Position numbers and translations under genes: made by a program. A DNA stretch of 64,000 bases, taken from the NCBI RefSeq assembly GCF_009914755.1, contig NC_060927.1. One strand, given 5' to 3'. The DNA is from the human T2T-CHM13v2.0 reference genome, Homo sapiens. The notes under the pieces were generated by a model. The model did no database searches. It saw only the letters and a program-made list of their open reading frames with translations, and had not been told where the DNA came from. Numbering within the stretch: position 1 is the stretch's first letter; the number at the start of each line of letters is the position of its first letter. Below are positions 25,941 through 37,636 of this stretch, one piece after another.

Positions 25941-26389
25941 TGTATTAGTTTGTTTTCACAATGCTATAAAGATACCACGTGATACTGGGTAATTTATAAA
26001 CAAAGGAGGTTTGACTCACAGTATCTAACTTTCAGAAATAACAGGAATAATCCCTGTAAGTTAGGAATTAGGAATAATTCCTATAAGTTAGACAACCCCC
26101 TGCATGGCTGGGGAGGCCTTGGGAAATTTACAATCACGGCAGGAGGGGAAGCAGGAAGCATGGCAGTGGGTGAAAGAGAGCGTGTGAAAGAGGAACTGTC
26201 AAACACTTATAGAATCATCAGGTTTCCTGAGAACTCACTCACTATCACGAGAATAGCATGGGGGAAACCACCCCCATGATCCAGTCACCTCCCATCAGGT
26301 CCCTTCCTTGACACGTGGGGATTATGGAGATTACAATTCAAGATGAGATTGATGAGCTTTGGGTGGGGATGCAGAGCCAAACCATATCA
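25941..26389 (-). mobile_element. THE1D/MSTA-like solo LTR with a ~75-bp non-LTR insert at ~26023-26097
   Basis: TGTATTAG...CCATATCA termini, perfect TSD GATAG (25936-25940, 26390-26394). Confidence 0.92.
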
Positions 26390-27929
26390 GATAGAAAGGC
26401 AGAAAAGGATTTCAGTGTTCCTAGGATTCTGGCCATAATATAATATAGCAAACTATCTTACCTCTAAAGTATGAGACCAAATGGAAACATTGAGTCAGAC
26501 AGTATTCCAAATTCGACAGAGATAATAAGATCAACGGGAGGCTAGATTCAAGACAGGGATGAGGGTCCTGGAACATTTCTTTGAATATCAGTAGACATTT
26601 ACATGTCACAGTAATGAATTGTGGGTTACATGGTATGTGATGAGTCAGGCTGGGTTAAGGTACAGAAATACTTCTCCATGAACAAAGGATTTATAAAGCA
26701 AACAACAGTGTAATTAAATATCAGACAAGTGTTTAATTTACTTATGAAAATAAATTGAAATAAGGATTTAAAAAGTCTCTTAACGTATTTGCAAAGCAAG
26801 AGTTACTATCCTGATCACAGGGGAAGGGAATTTGGGGATGACCTAGTCCATTTATCTCACATGTTGAAGAAACTGAAGCTCAGAGGAGTCAGCTGGAATC
26901 AAGACCCCAAGTCTCACCAAATCTAAATCATATCTTATAATGCTTTCTTCTAGCAACATTACTCTTCTTCCTTAGCTCCTTTAGTCTGCATTTAAATAAT
27001 AATAATAATGTATTTCCTTTCTAAACCTGTAGAATTCAGAATTTTTACTAATTTAGCTTTTGAGAGACTGGATTAGTATTAACGAAAACTACAATATCTC
27101 CACACTCTAATGGGTGTGGCCAAGAAGACAAGAGACTAGAGTTTTAAGAAGTTCATTCTGAAAAATAATTTCAGCAATAGGAGTTTCTTTTGTAATGCTT
27201 TACTTTTAAAAGAACCCAACAAAACTTCCAATTATCTAATTAGCCTATTTGTTATTCCTGTAAGTTAGACACAGACATAATTTACCCCATTTTATAAATG
27301 GACAAACCAGTTCTTAAAGCAGTTCTGTTATTCCTAAGATGATGGCCATTCTGCAAGGGTATGGTAAGTCACCTATAAGGCTGTCTCTACAACCTCATTA
27401 ACCCAATGAAGTCTGTGATGTGATTGTAAAGAAGTAGTCTGGGAAATTGATCCTCAGAGGCAGATGGAGTGGCCCAACCCTGTGGCCCATCTGGTCGCAC
27501 TCTACAACATTAGGGCTCGAGGTACAGGTATCTGATTGAGAAGCAAAAGGTTCAGTGCAGTGATGGGGGAAGAGGAGGCCATCAATTACTGAGAAATTTG
27601 TTAACCTCCCCTGAAACCAAATCAGATGGGTTTAAAGCTCAACCAATTTAATTGAAGGGACATGAATCAGGTACCTCTTCTGAACTGAATAGGGGATTCA
27701 CCTGGGAAGGCGACCCAAGCCCTCCTCCCGAGAAGCTTCCTTCTCTCTATACTCACACCAGGCCCTAAGCAGGGCAGACTGTAAACAACAGTATAGTAGG
27801 ATTAAGTATAAAATATACTAACCACCCTTACTGAGCGATTGCTATGTATCAGACTTTCGTCCAAGTCTCTTGACTAGATCACTTTGCTTAACAAAGAGAC
27901 AGAGAAAAATGGAGGAAGAGATAATGCAC

Positions 27930-28340
27930 ACTCATTAGTCCATTGGTTCTTTCATTCAGACAGTAAACAGTCCCAGACCATTCACTCTTTTCCAAGCTCT
28001 GTGCTAAGCACTGAGGACATACAAGTGAATAAGGCAAGTCAACATTCCATAGAAAAATGTGATGTGAATCAGAAAATGATGTGCAAGATTAAAAACTTGT
28101 GGCATATGATTGTGTTGTGAGGCTATGGGAAAGAAGGGTCTTTATTGAAGAGCTACTATGGCAGCTTTAGTTCCAATTTTCACAGGAATGGGAAGAGTAA
28201 AAATGGGTGTCAGGGAGGCTGGGTGCCCTGTTCAGTGATGAAGCATCATATGTGAGAGTCTTGTATGGGCCACCTGCCCAGGGCTGTCTGGGAGGCAAAC
28301 AGGGGAACCTGGAGGCTGAGAGAGGAGAAGGGGTGGTTGT
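27930..28340 (-). mobile_element. L2 3'-end fragment
   Basis: TTCATTCA...CCAAGCTCTGTGCTAAGCACTGAGGACATACAAGTGAATAAG. Confidence 0.7.
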
Positions 28341-28509
28341 AGGAAGGAGAAGGTTCAAAATCCCCAAATGGTTGTGAGCAACACACATTCTGTCTCCATT
28401 GCCTGTCTTCCTCACTTCAGTTTCTCATGGGCTCTCTTCCTTTCCTCCCATTGTCAGCCACTCTCCTCTGCCACCAGCTTAAACTGTCTGAAGCTCAACT
28501 TCAATCATA

Positions 28510-28725
28510 CTAATAATAGCTAATACTTACAAAACCCTTCTTCTGTATACTGTTTTAAGCTCTTTATAAATGTATAAATGAATTTAATCTGCACAATCCT
28601 GAGAGGTAGGTACCATTATTATCCCCATATTACACATGCTATCACTGAGACCCAGAGATGAGACCTGTTTCAGGTCACAGAGAAGTGAAGGGAAGAGAGA
28701 GACTGAACCCCAGATAGTGGGCTAC
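28510..28725 (-). mobile_element. MIR
   Basis: AATAATAGCTAATACTTAC...GAGGTAGGTACCATTATTATCCCCAT...CTGAGACCCAGAGA. Confidence 0.85.
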
Positions 28726-28889
28726 ACAACATACACTTCAAGTGGCCAGGCCAGGCTCTGGGGCTTGTGTTATCTAGTAGTTTAAAAACATACCCTGGCT
28801 TGCTATCCATATCACAAGTAAATCTAGATGTTCACTTGTGATTTGGCTGCAATTTCCAGTCCTTTGTCCCACTGCCCATAATGTTCAGT

Positions 28890-29104
28890 CACTCGTCAGG
28901 CAAACAGAATTACTTAACAAGCTTTAATGTACCCCTTGGCTTCCTGCCTCTTTACCTTTGCTTCTTTTTCCTCCTCCTGGAAGGTCTCTTCCTTTGCAAC
29001 TCCAAATCTACCTACCCATATTCAATGACCAGCTTAAGTACCACTTTCTCTACAAAGGCTTCTTGATTCCTGAGTTGAAAAATTGCTCTCCCTCCTCTGA
29101 ACTC
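28890..29104 (+). mobile_element. L2 fragment
   Basis: TTCCTGCCTCTTTACCTTTGCT...CCTGGAA...CCAGCTTAAGTACCACTTTCTCTAC. Confidence 0.6.
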
Positions 29105-29113
29105 TCATGATAC

Positions 29114-29420
<307 letters not shown>

Positions 29421-29663
29421 GTCATGATAATTTTAAATTTACAATGTCTCTTGACCCCTTTATATACAAAGACTTGTGGTACCTTATAACTAAGGTAGAC
29501 ATACTTTATTTCCATTTTAATTTGTAAGCTTCGTGAGGCCTTCTCCTCTGTGCTGCACCTCCCCTGCCCTTGAAGCTTCCTTAGTTGCCCACCACTTCAA
29601 TTCTTCCCCTGACTAACACTCTGGCCAGGACCCATGACACACTGAGCACTCAAGGATAAAAAA

Positions 29664-29792
29664 CAGAGTGGCCAGATGTCCTGGCTTACCAAGGACTGTG
29701 CTGTTTTACATCTGTGGGTTGGGTGTTATTATCAGTAGTGGCCTCCTCACTTTCAAAATGTCACAGTGTGGAAGATAAATCCTTATTACCCA
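29664..29792 (+). mobile_element. MER94-like hAT-Blackjack element
   Basis: AGAGTGGCCAGATGTCCTGG...TTCAAAATGTC...GATAAAT...TACCC; degenerate TIRs, ~130 bp. Confidence 0.65.
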
Positions 29793-29811
29793 GGTAAAAG
29801 TCACTCTCTAG

Positions 29812-30040
29812 GCAGGGCAGTGTGGCATTGTGGTTAAGACCTGGGACTCTAGGATCAGACACCGTGGGTTAGAAACCCAGCTTTGTCATTTGCTGTCCTT
29901 GTGGCCCTGAGCAAGTATGCCTGGAAACCCTCTTCTGTGAAGCAGGCATAACCGCAGTCCCCCACTCATCCATAGGCAACTAGGAGGACCAGATGAGTCA
30001 ACCTTGTAGACTTGCCTGGGATGCAGTAGTAGTGCTCACC
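29812..30040 (+). mobile_element. MIR
   Basis: GCAGTGTGGCATTGTGGTTAAGA...ATCAGAC...GGGTTAGAAACCCAGCT 5' part. Confidence 0.8.
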
Positions 30041-30069
30041 AACAGGAGGCAATGCTTTTGGGTATCCAC

Positions 30070-30636
30070 AGGTCCAGCTGTACTCTTACCAGGTGTTAGT
30101 TGTCTTGGTTTATAAATCTGTTTTATAATAGCTGTGCTTAATAATGTAACCATGAAATTGAATTAAACATTACATAAACTGATGATAAGTGTGACAAGAG
30201 GAATTGTTGCTTCTTTGAACATTAAATTGAATGCTTTGGATTTGATAAAGGTGAGTCACTAAAAAATAGCTGTTGAATTACATGTGGGTAAAATCACTAT
30301 AAAAGATTGGGAAACAAACATCTACAAAGTTTCTGCACTTAGATGTCTTAAAATGACTTTAAGTTATTGCTGTAACTCATAGAAGCTAAAATTGTGGGTG
30401 TTTGCACAGGAAAGGGAAGGCAGAACTCCTTTAGCACATGCACATCGAAAGAAAAGATTCTGACCCAGCAGCAAAATAATAGTGAATAAATTGCACATTT
30501 GTGTGTTTTAGTTGAAATAAAACATGTAAGATCTATTTACATAACTTTTTTTAAAGCCTCACAACTTTAGTGGCCTTTTTTTTTTCAGCGACTGCTATCT
30601 CTTGTGTGGACTGTTGTAGATAAGAGGACAACTCTA
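30070..30636 (+). mobile_element. TcMar-Tigger (Tigger13a-like) remnant
   Basis: Degenerate pipsqueak-HTH transposase coding (KLNAL..DKGESLK.IAVELHVGKITIKDW, frameshifted) at ~30195-30315. Confidence 0.7.
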
Positions 30637-30719
30637 AACACTTTTTGAATTAATGAGTAAACAAATGCTTGGGATTAGAGGGTCACTGTAGAAAATGGTG
30701 TTGGCTCTGCTTTTCTTCT

Positions 30720-31145
30720 GTTGACCCTTGCCTCTAAAGGTCAAGCCTGCTTGCTAGGGATGCCTTGCACTCTTCATCTGAGAGCTTTTATTTCTGGCTG
30801 CAGGAATCACTCTGCTGACATGCAGGGCAAGTCAGGAGTGAGTGTGGGAGAGTTAATGACACAGAAATCAGTCCCTCCAGTGACAGACAGGGACTTGGTA
30901 AATAAATAACTTGGGTTCCTCACCCACCATTGAGACATCTGTGAGGCAAGTTCTACAGTCTCCCAGAGTGCCCCAGGTGCCCACAGTGGTAACTTACTTG
31001 ACAACACAGCCTCTGCTGCTGCCTCTCCTCCATGCTGCACCTCCTCACTCCCACAGTGATGTTTCCCAGGATCACCTCCCAAATAAATGACTTGCTCCTG
31101 AATTCTTGTCCTAGAGTTTGCTTCTGGGGGACCCAAACGAAGACA
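30720..31145 (+). mobile_element. LTR16-like ERVL solo LTR
   Basis: GCCCACAGTGGTAAC, GGATCACCTCCCAAATAAA...TGCTTCTGGGGGACCCAAAC.AAGACA end. Confidence 0.82.
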
Positions 31146-31399
31146 TAGCCCCAAACCTTAGGGCTTAGGATAATGTCTTTCACATAGAAGATGTACAATA
31201 AAAGATGTACAAATTTGATCAAACCAAAGAGCACAAATTTACTCAGGATGCGTTTAAAAAATTACCTGATTTGATTGAAGTTGAAACAAAGTATTAAGAT
31301 TTTGAAGTCAATAAATGTTGCCACGTTAGTTGTTACCAGACCAGTTACCATAATAGTTTTTTTTTTTTTTAATTTACATCCAGATGTTTTCTCTTGTAC

Positions 31400-32620
31400 C
31401 TGAAGTCTTTGAGCAATTTGAGCCATGGGAATTAAGCTTCAAATGCAGGCCCAACAAAGTCAGTAAGGTCTCCTTTATTTCCTGTCCTCTCTTATTCTGT
31501 CCAAAGAGAGGGAGCTGTTCTCCAGGGGTTCTGCATGGGTCTGCTTCTGCTTCAGGTTGGTTGGGAGGCAGCGCAATGGCTCCCAGGTTCTCAATGATGA
31601 TGAACCCTGTGTCTGTGGGCCAAATAGCCTTCTCTGAGCCTTAATATCTTCCTCTGACTAAAGGGCCCAAGACCTTGGTGTTCATAAAAATGTTCGAAAA
31701 CCTCTCACTTGTTAATTCCCCAGTGCATCCCCACCCTACACTGAGCACACAGCTTAGACTGTGTGTTCCAGGACGAGCATAAGGCCCCAGGCGCCATGCC
31801 ATACCTGATGAGGTCTGTAGATTCATGTGAGCAGCAGCAGCTGCTGCCTGGGAAGTTATCCAACGCTCCATCAAATCTCAACAACTGTCCTGGGATGGCT
31901 GTGCTGGCTGGGATTGCCCACTGCAGCCAGCAGAAGCCCATACACACCTGTGGTTAATCCCCCAAAGCAGCAGTTCCGGTCTATGAAGGGCAGGCAACAT
32001 CCGGGCTGGGCACGGAAAGGTGAACAAACACTACCAGTGCCCTGCCAATTGCCAGTCCCTTCATTCTGGTGTTTTTTCTTGGGCAAATTTGGTTCCTGAA
32101 ATTAATTATTCAACAGGAGGTGACAGCCGGTGTATAGCAGCTCTGTTGGAACAGAGAATAAAAAGGCACATTGGACACAGCAGCTGCACCTCCCAGACCC
32201 TGAAATTTAAGATCTTTATAAATGATCTGTTAAAACTATAGTGACGATAAGCTTATGAATCATGATCTATATTAATCAGGGCTGCTGATATGGAAAGATT
32301 AATTGAAACGTGCAGTTCTACACAAATGATAAAGTGGTAACAATTTAATATCAGACAAGAAGAGTGAAGAAATTACACTCCAAGCTTCATGCATCATTAC
32401 TATGGATATTAATATTTTACCCAGCGCAACAGCATCGGGAATCATAATGAAAATCCATAAGTGGTGCACAGACATGATTAAATACAACAGTCTTTAGGAG
32501 CTGTTTGGTGGCGGCAGTTGGGCCATATTTCACTCGGCGGCTGGTGATTCCAGTGATAGAGTCTAGACGAGGGTGATTAAAAATTGTTCCTCCTAAAGGC
32601 TGTTAACCTTTTACTACTAA
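31400..32620. promoter_or_regulatory. Candidate highly conserved developmental enhancer (core ~32090-32590)
   Basis: Repeat-free. ATTAATTA 32101, MEIS TGACAG 32121, E-box CAGCTG 31838/32181, GATTAATTG 32297, SOX AACAAT 32339, TGATTAAAT 32475, GATA 32246/32328; about 8 retained CpG sites in AT-rich DNA. Confidence 0.6.
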
Positions 32621-32964
32621 AATGAATTTCTTTGATTTTTAAATTATGTTGTTCTCTTTGCTCTTTTCAATACCAAATTTGATCCCAAACCTTGACAGGG
32701 TGCTGGGTCCTTGGCATAGTGACAGTCAAAGCAAAATTTCTCAGCTGTAGTCCCCTGCCTCAGGGTGTGGCCTTGACCAGGTCATGCAGAATGTTGGGTC
32801 ATTTTCTGCCTTCAACCAGGGCTGGCTGGAAAGAATGAATGATAAACTATCAGGGGCTTCTAGGGAGTTCCCAAAGACCAGAAGTTGATAAGGCTGACCT
32901 CCTTACCCAACCTTAAGAGAGTAGAGATGGAAATGACTTATTTCGAGATCCTGGTCTCACTGGC

Positions 32965-33095
32965 TTAATTAATTCATTTATTCAATCACTCATCCAACCA
33001 ATAAGCAAACAAGCATGCACTCACACCTGGGAAATGCAAAAATCAGCCCCAATAAACACATGTTCCATGCTGAGGAGATTAAAACCTGAATCACT
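32965..33095 (-). mobile_element. L2 3'-end fragment
   Basis: ATTCATTTATTCAATCACTCATCCAAC tail-type repeat. Confidence 0.55.
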
Positions 33096-33354
33096 GTGAT
33101 GGCTTTAAAAAGAAGCCAGAGAGAGTCAAGAACAGCATCTTTGCCAGACTGTTTCTTCCTCCCTGTGAAATCTTAAATCCCATAAGCCAAGAGAGAGTCT
33201 CCTGACCCCTTTTGTCTTCAGCTGAAACAGAGAGTTTAGTGTATATGTGCAGTAGTAAAATTTATCTCCACATCAGGTGGTAATAAGAAATACAGCCTAT
33301 TTCCTTAAGGACATTATATCCATTTCTTCAGTATTCTGGTTTCTTAGGTCTCTA

Positions 33355-33430
33355 GAAGTGATCCTCAAATTTTAGCATGCACAAGTATCAACTAGAGAGG
33401 GAGGGGCTTATTTAAAATGTAGTTTTAAAG
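33355..33430. mobile_element. MER5A-like fragment
   Basis: AGTGATCCTCAAATTTTAGCATGCA...ATCAACTAGAG...TTAAAATGTAG. Confidence 0.6.
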
Positions 33431-33449
33431 GGTCTCCAGGGTGTCCCTG

Positions 33450-33808
33450 GAGATTTCTGGGAATCTTTTTTTCTGAAGAACTCTCTCCTTTCTGAAACTC
33501 CCTCCTGCAACTTCCAGCCACGTCAACCTCCCTGAACTCCTATTTATCTTCTCAACTCAGTGAGACCATGTCCTTGGTTTGGGAGCTATTTGCTGCTTTG
33601 TGGTCTGGAATGTGTTTTCAGGCAAAAAGCTGGTGTATCACAGAACTCATCTTCTCCGTTTTCCCTCTTTCACAAATCACAATTCTGGGCTGCTTGTTCT
33701 CTAATGTCTGGAAACAGTTGTTTCATACATTTTGCCTGTTTTTTAAAAGGCTTACAGTAGAAGGGTAAATATGGTCACAATTGCTTTCATAGGGCTAGAG
33801 ATGAAAGT
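33450..33808 (-). mobile_element. Old L1M 5'-end fragment
   Basis: CTCAACTCAGTGAGACC...CAGGCAAAAAGCTGG...AACAGTTGTTTCATACATTTTG motifs recalled from L1MD/ME 5' ends. Confidence 0.55.
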
Positions 33809-33811
33809 TGC

Positions 33812-34308
33812 TACCATCACTTTTTACCTGAAATACTGCAATAATGTCTTGATTTTCATACCGTCCAACTTTTCTATCTGATGTTCTACCACTCTCTTTA
33901 TTCATGAGGCTCAGCCACAACCAATGTCCTCCTGTTCTTTAACTATGCCAGTTATCTCTCAAACCTGGGGGCTTTGTGCTTGCTCTTCCTTCTGCATGGA
34001 ATACTTCTCTTATTCAGGTTTGCAATTCAAATGTCACTTCATCTGAGAGGTCTACCTTGACCACCTAGCTAAAGTCAACATCCAATATCAAAGTTTACTA
34101 TATTGTATCTAGACCACTTCCTCATTGACTTCATTGCTTTCTGATGTATTTGCTTACATGTTTACTGTTTGTTATCTCCCACTAGAATGAAAGTTCCATG
34201 AGTCAGGAACCACATATACCTCGTTTATCATATATCTCTAGTGCCTAGAACCATGTGATAAATACTCAAAACTACTTATTGAGTGTCAAATGAATTAATT
34301 AATAAATG
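33812..34308 (+). mobile_element. L2a 3' portion
   Basis: CAAATGTCACTTCATCTGAGAGG; CCCACTAGAATGAAAGTTCCATGAG; AGTGCCTAGAAC; TGAAT tail. Confidence 0.85.
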
Positions 34309-34474
34309 TGGAAAGATATACCAAGAAAATTCAGGATGAATATTGTGACAGGGTTTGAGGGAGAACCTGTCACTAGAAGAGAGAAATCTTGCTCTGATAG
34401 GGAAATAAATTAATCTTATAATATTTGGACTCTGGTTTAGTCAGTTATTTGAGACTATCATAATCCTGTAATGA

Positions 34475-34650
34475 AATGGCTAAGAGCATGAATTTTGAAG
34501 TTTGGAATATTTGAGTTTGGTTCTTGGCTCTACTTCTTAGTAAGTGTATAATCTCAATAAGCTTCAGTTTATTATTCTGTAGAGAATAATCCATTAGAGT
34601 TATTGTGAAATAATAGTGTTTATAGAACTTGTGTTACAGTGCCTGGCTCT
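34475..34650 (+). mobile_element. MIR
   Basis: GGCTAAGAGCATGAATTTTGAAG...GCTTCAGTTT...ACAGTGCCTGGC. Confidence 0.75.
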
Positions 34651-35925
34651 GTAGAATATGTGGTGCAGTACCAGACATAGACTTTAAAATAACTATGTTT
34701 AGTAGATATAAGGAGATAGAAATAAGATTGATTTTTTTTCACAGAGAACTGAAACCACAAAAAACAGTACCAAATAAAAATCATAGAACTGAAAAAATAT
34801 AACAATCAAGTTAAAGAACTCATTGAAAAGGTTTTATATCAGATTATGCATCCTTAAGAGAGGAATCCATGGATGGGAGAAGTAGGTCAGAAGACAACAG
34901 CCTTAATGAAACACAGAGATACAAAATTATAGGAAACACAGAAGAGATTATAAGAGATACAATACAAGGAGAGGTTCTAACATATGTGTCATTGGAGTCT
35001 GAGAAGGTGAGGATCAAGAGAATAGGTCAGAAGAAAGTAATGGAAGAGAGCTTGTCAAAAACTAGTGAAAGACTTTGGGCCACAGATTTAAGGTGGCCTG
35101 CAAAGCCTGAACCAGGCAAAAAGAAATCTATACCTAGGCATATAGTAAAAATGCATAAAATCAAAAACAACTAGAAACATAGAAGCTATCAGAGGAAAAA
35201 GAACAGATTATTTTCAAAGGAACAAAACTTAGACTGGCAGCTAACCACTTAATAGAAACAATTTAAACGAAAAGACAGTGAAATTACATCAAAGTGTGAA
35301 AGAAAATGAATGTCAACCTAGAATTCAATATCTAGTCAAAAAGTCTTTCAAGAATGAAAGGAAAATAAAGACATTTTCAAACAAATAAAATCTGATAATT
35401 TGTCACAAGGAGAGCCAGCAGTAAAGGTGGCAAAAGCAGTAAAGGCAGAAAAAGAAAATTATTCTAGATGGAAGCATGGAAATAATGGAATAATGATGTG
35501 TAGTGAAAATGATGTAGGTAAATAGAAATGAACAATGACTATGTCAAATAATTATAATGTATTATTAGGTTTAAAATATAGAGAACATTAACATGCATGA
35601 TAATAATGCTATATATGTCAGGAAGGGTATGCAAATGGAGCTAAAGAGTTCAAATGATTTTGCTTGTATTGCCTGGTTAGAGAGTAAAATACCAATTAAT
35701 ATTAGACACTTACAATGTCACTTAAGGATGCATGTGGTAATTTCTACTGTTATCATTACAATAGTAAAGCAGTCTATAATTTCCAAGATAATAGAGGCAA
35801 AAATTGAATAAAAACACTCAGAAGCTATTTTAAAATGCAGAAAAGAAGAGAAAGAGGAAATAGCACAGGTATGGTAAATTTGACCCAAACATATCAGTAA
35901 CTACATTCAAATCAAAAAGACTAAA

Positions 35926-36176
35926 TGCTTGAGGACAGGAGTTTGAGACCAGCCTGGGCAAGAGAGAGACCCCATTTCTAAAAAGAAAAAGAAAAAGAAA
36001 AATAATTAGCCTGTTGTGGTGGCATGCTTGTAGTCCCACCTACTTGGGAGGCTGAGGCAGGAGGATTGCTTAAGCACCGGACTTTGAGGCTGCAGTGAGC
36101 TGTGATGCACCACTGTACTCCAGTCTGGGTGACAGAGAGATACATCATTATAAATAAATAAATAAATAAAATAAAA
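35926..36176 (+). mobile_element. 5'-truncated AluJ with (TAAA)n tail
   Basis: GAGTTTGAGACCAGCCTGGGCAA, GGAGGATTGCTT, GAGGCTGCAGTGAGC. Confidence 0.88.
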
Positions 36177-36194
36177 GTTCTTTAGAGTGAATAA

Positions 36195-37325
<1,131 letters not shown>

Positions 37326-37636
37326 CACAAGGATAAATAAGTTGAAGGTAAGAAGAAAGAAAACATCAGAATAAAGCTGATATAATAAAATGTTTAACTC
37401 ATAATGAATATATAATAATTTTAAATTTTATGCACTTAATAATATAGAAGCAAAATATAATGCACAAATTTTATAGGACTATGAGAACTGGATACATCCA
37501 TGATCAAAATGAGTAATTATGACATATCTATGAATAATTCATTTTAATAAACAGGCCAAAAAAATCAGCAAAGTTATAGGGAATCAAAAACATGTATGAG
37601 CATTCTACCCACCATCTATGGGATAGATATTCTTTT

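Noticed and set aside
31384-32241. Cluster of short ORFs and a short CAG run as a coding exon
   Set aside because: No recognisable protein or consistent splice signals; a non-coding regulatory role fits better.
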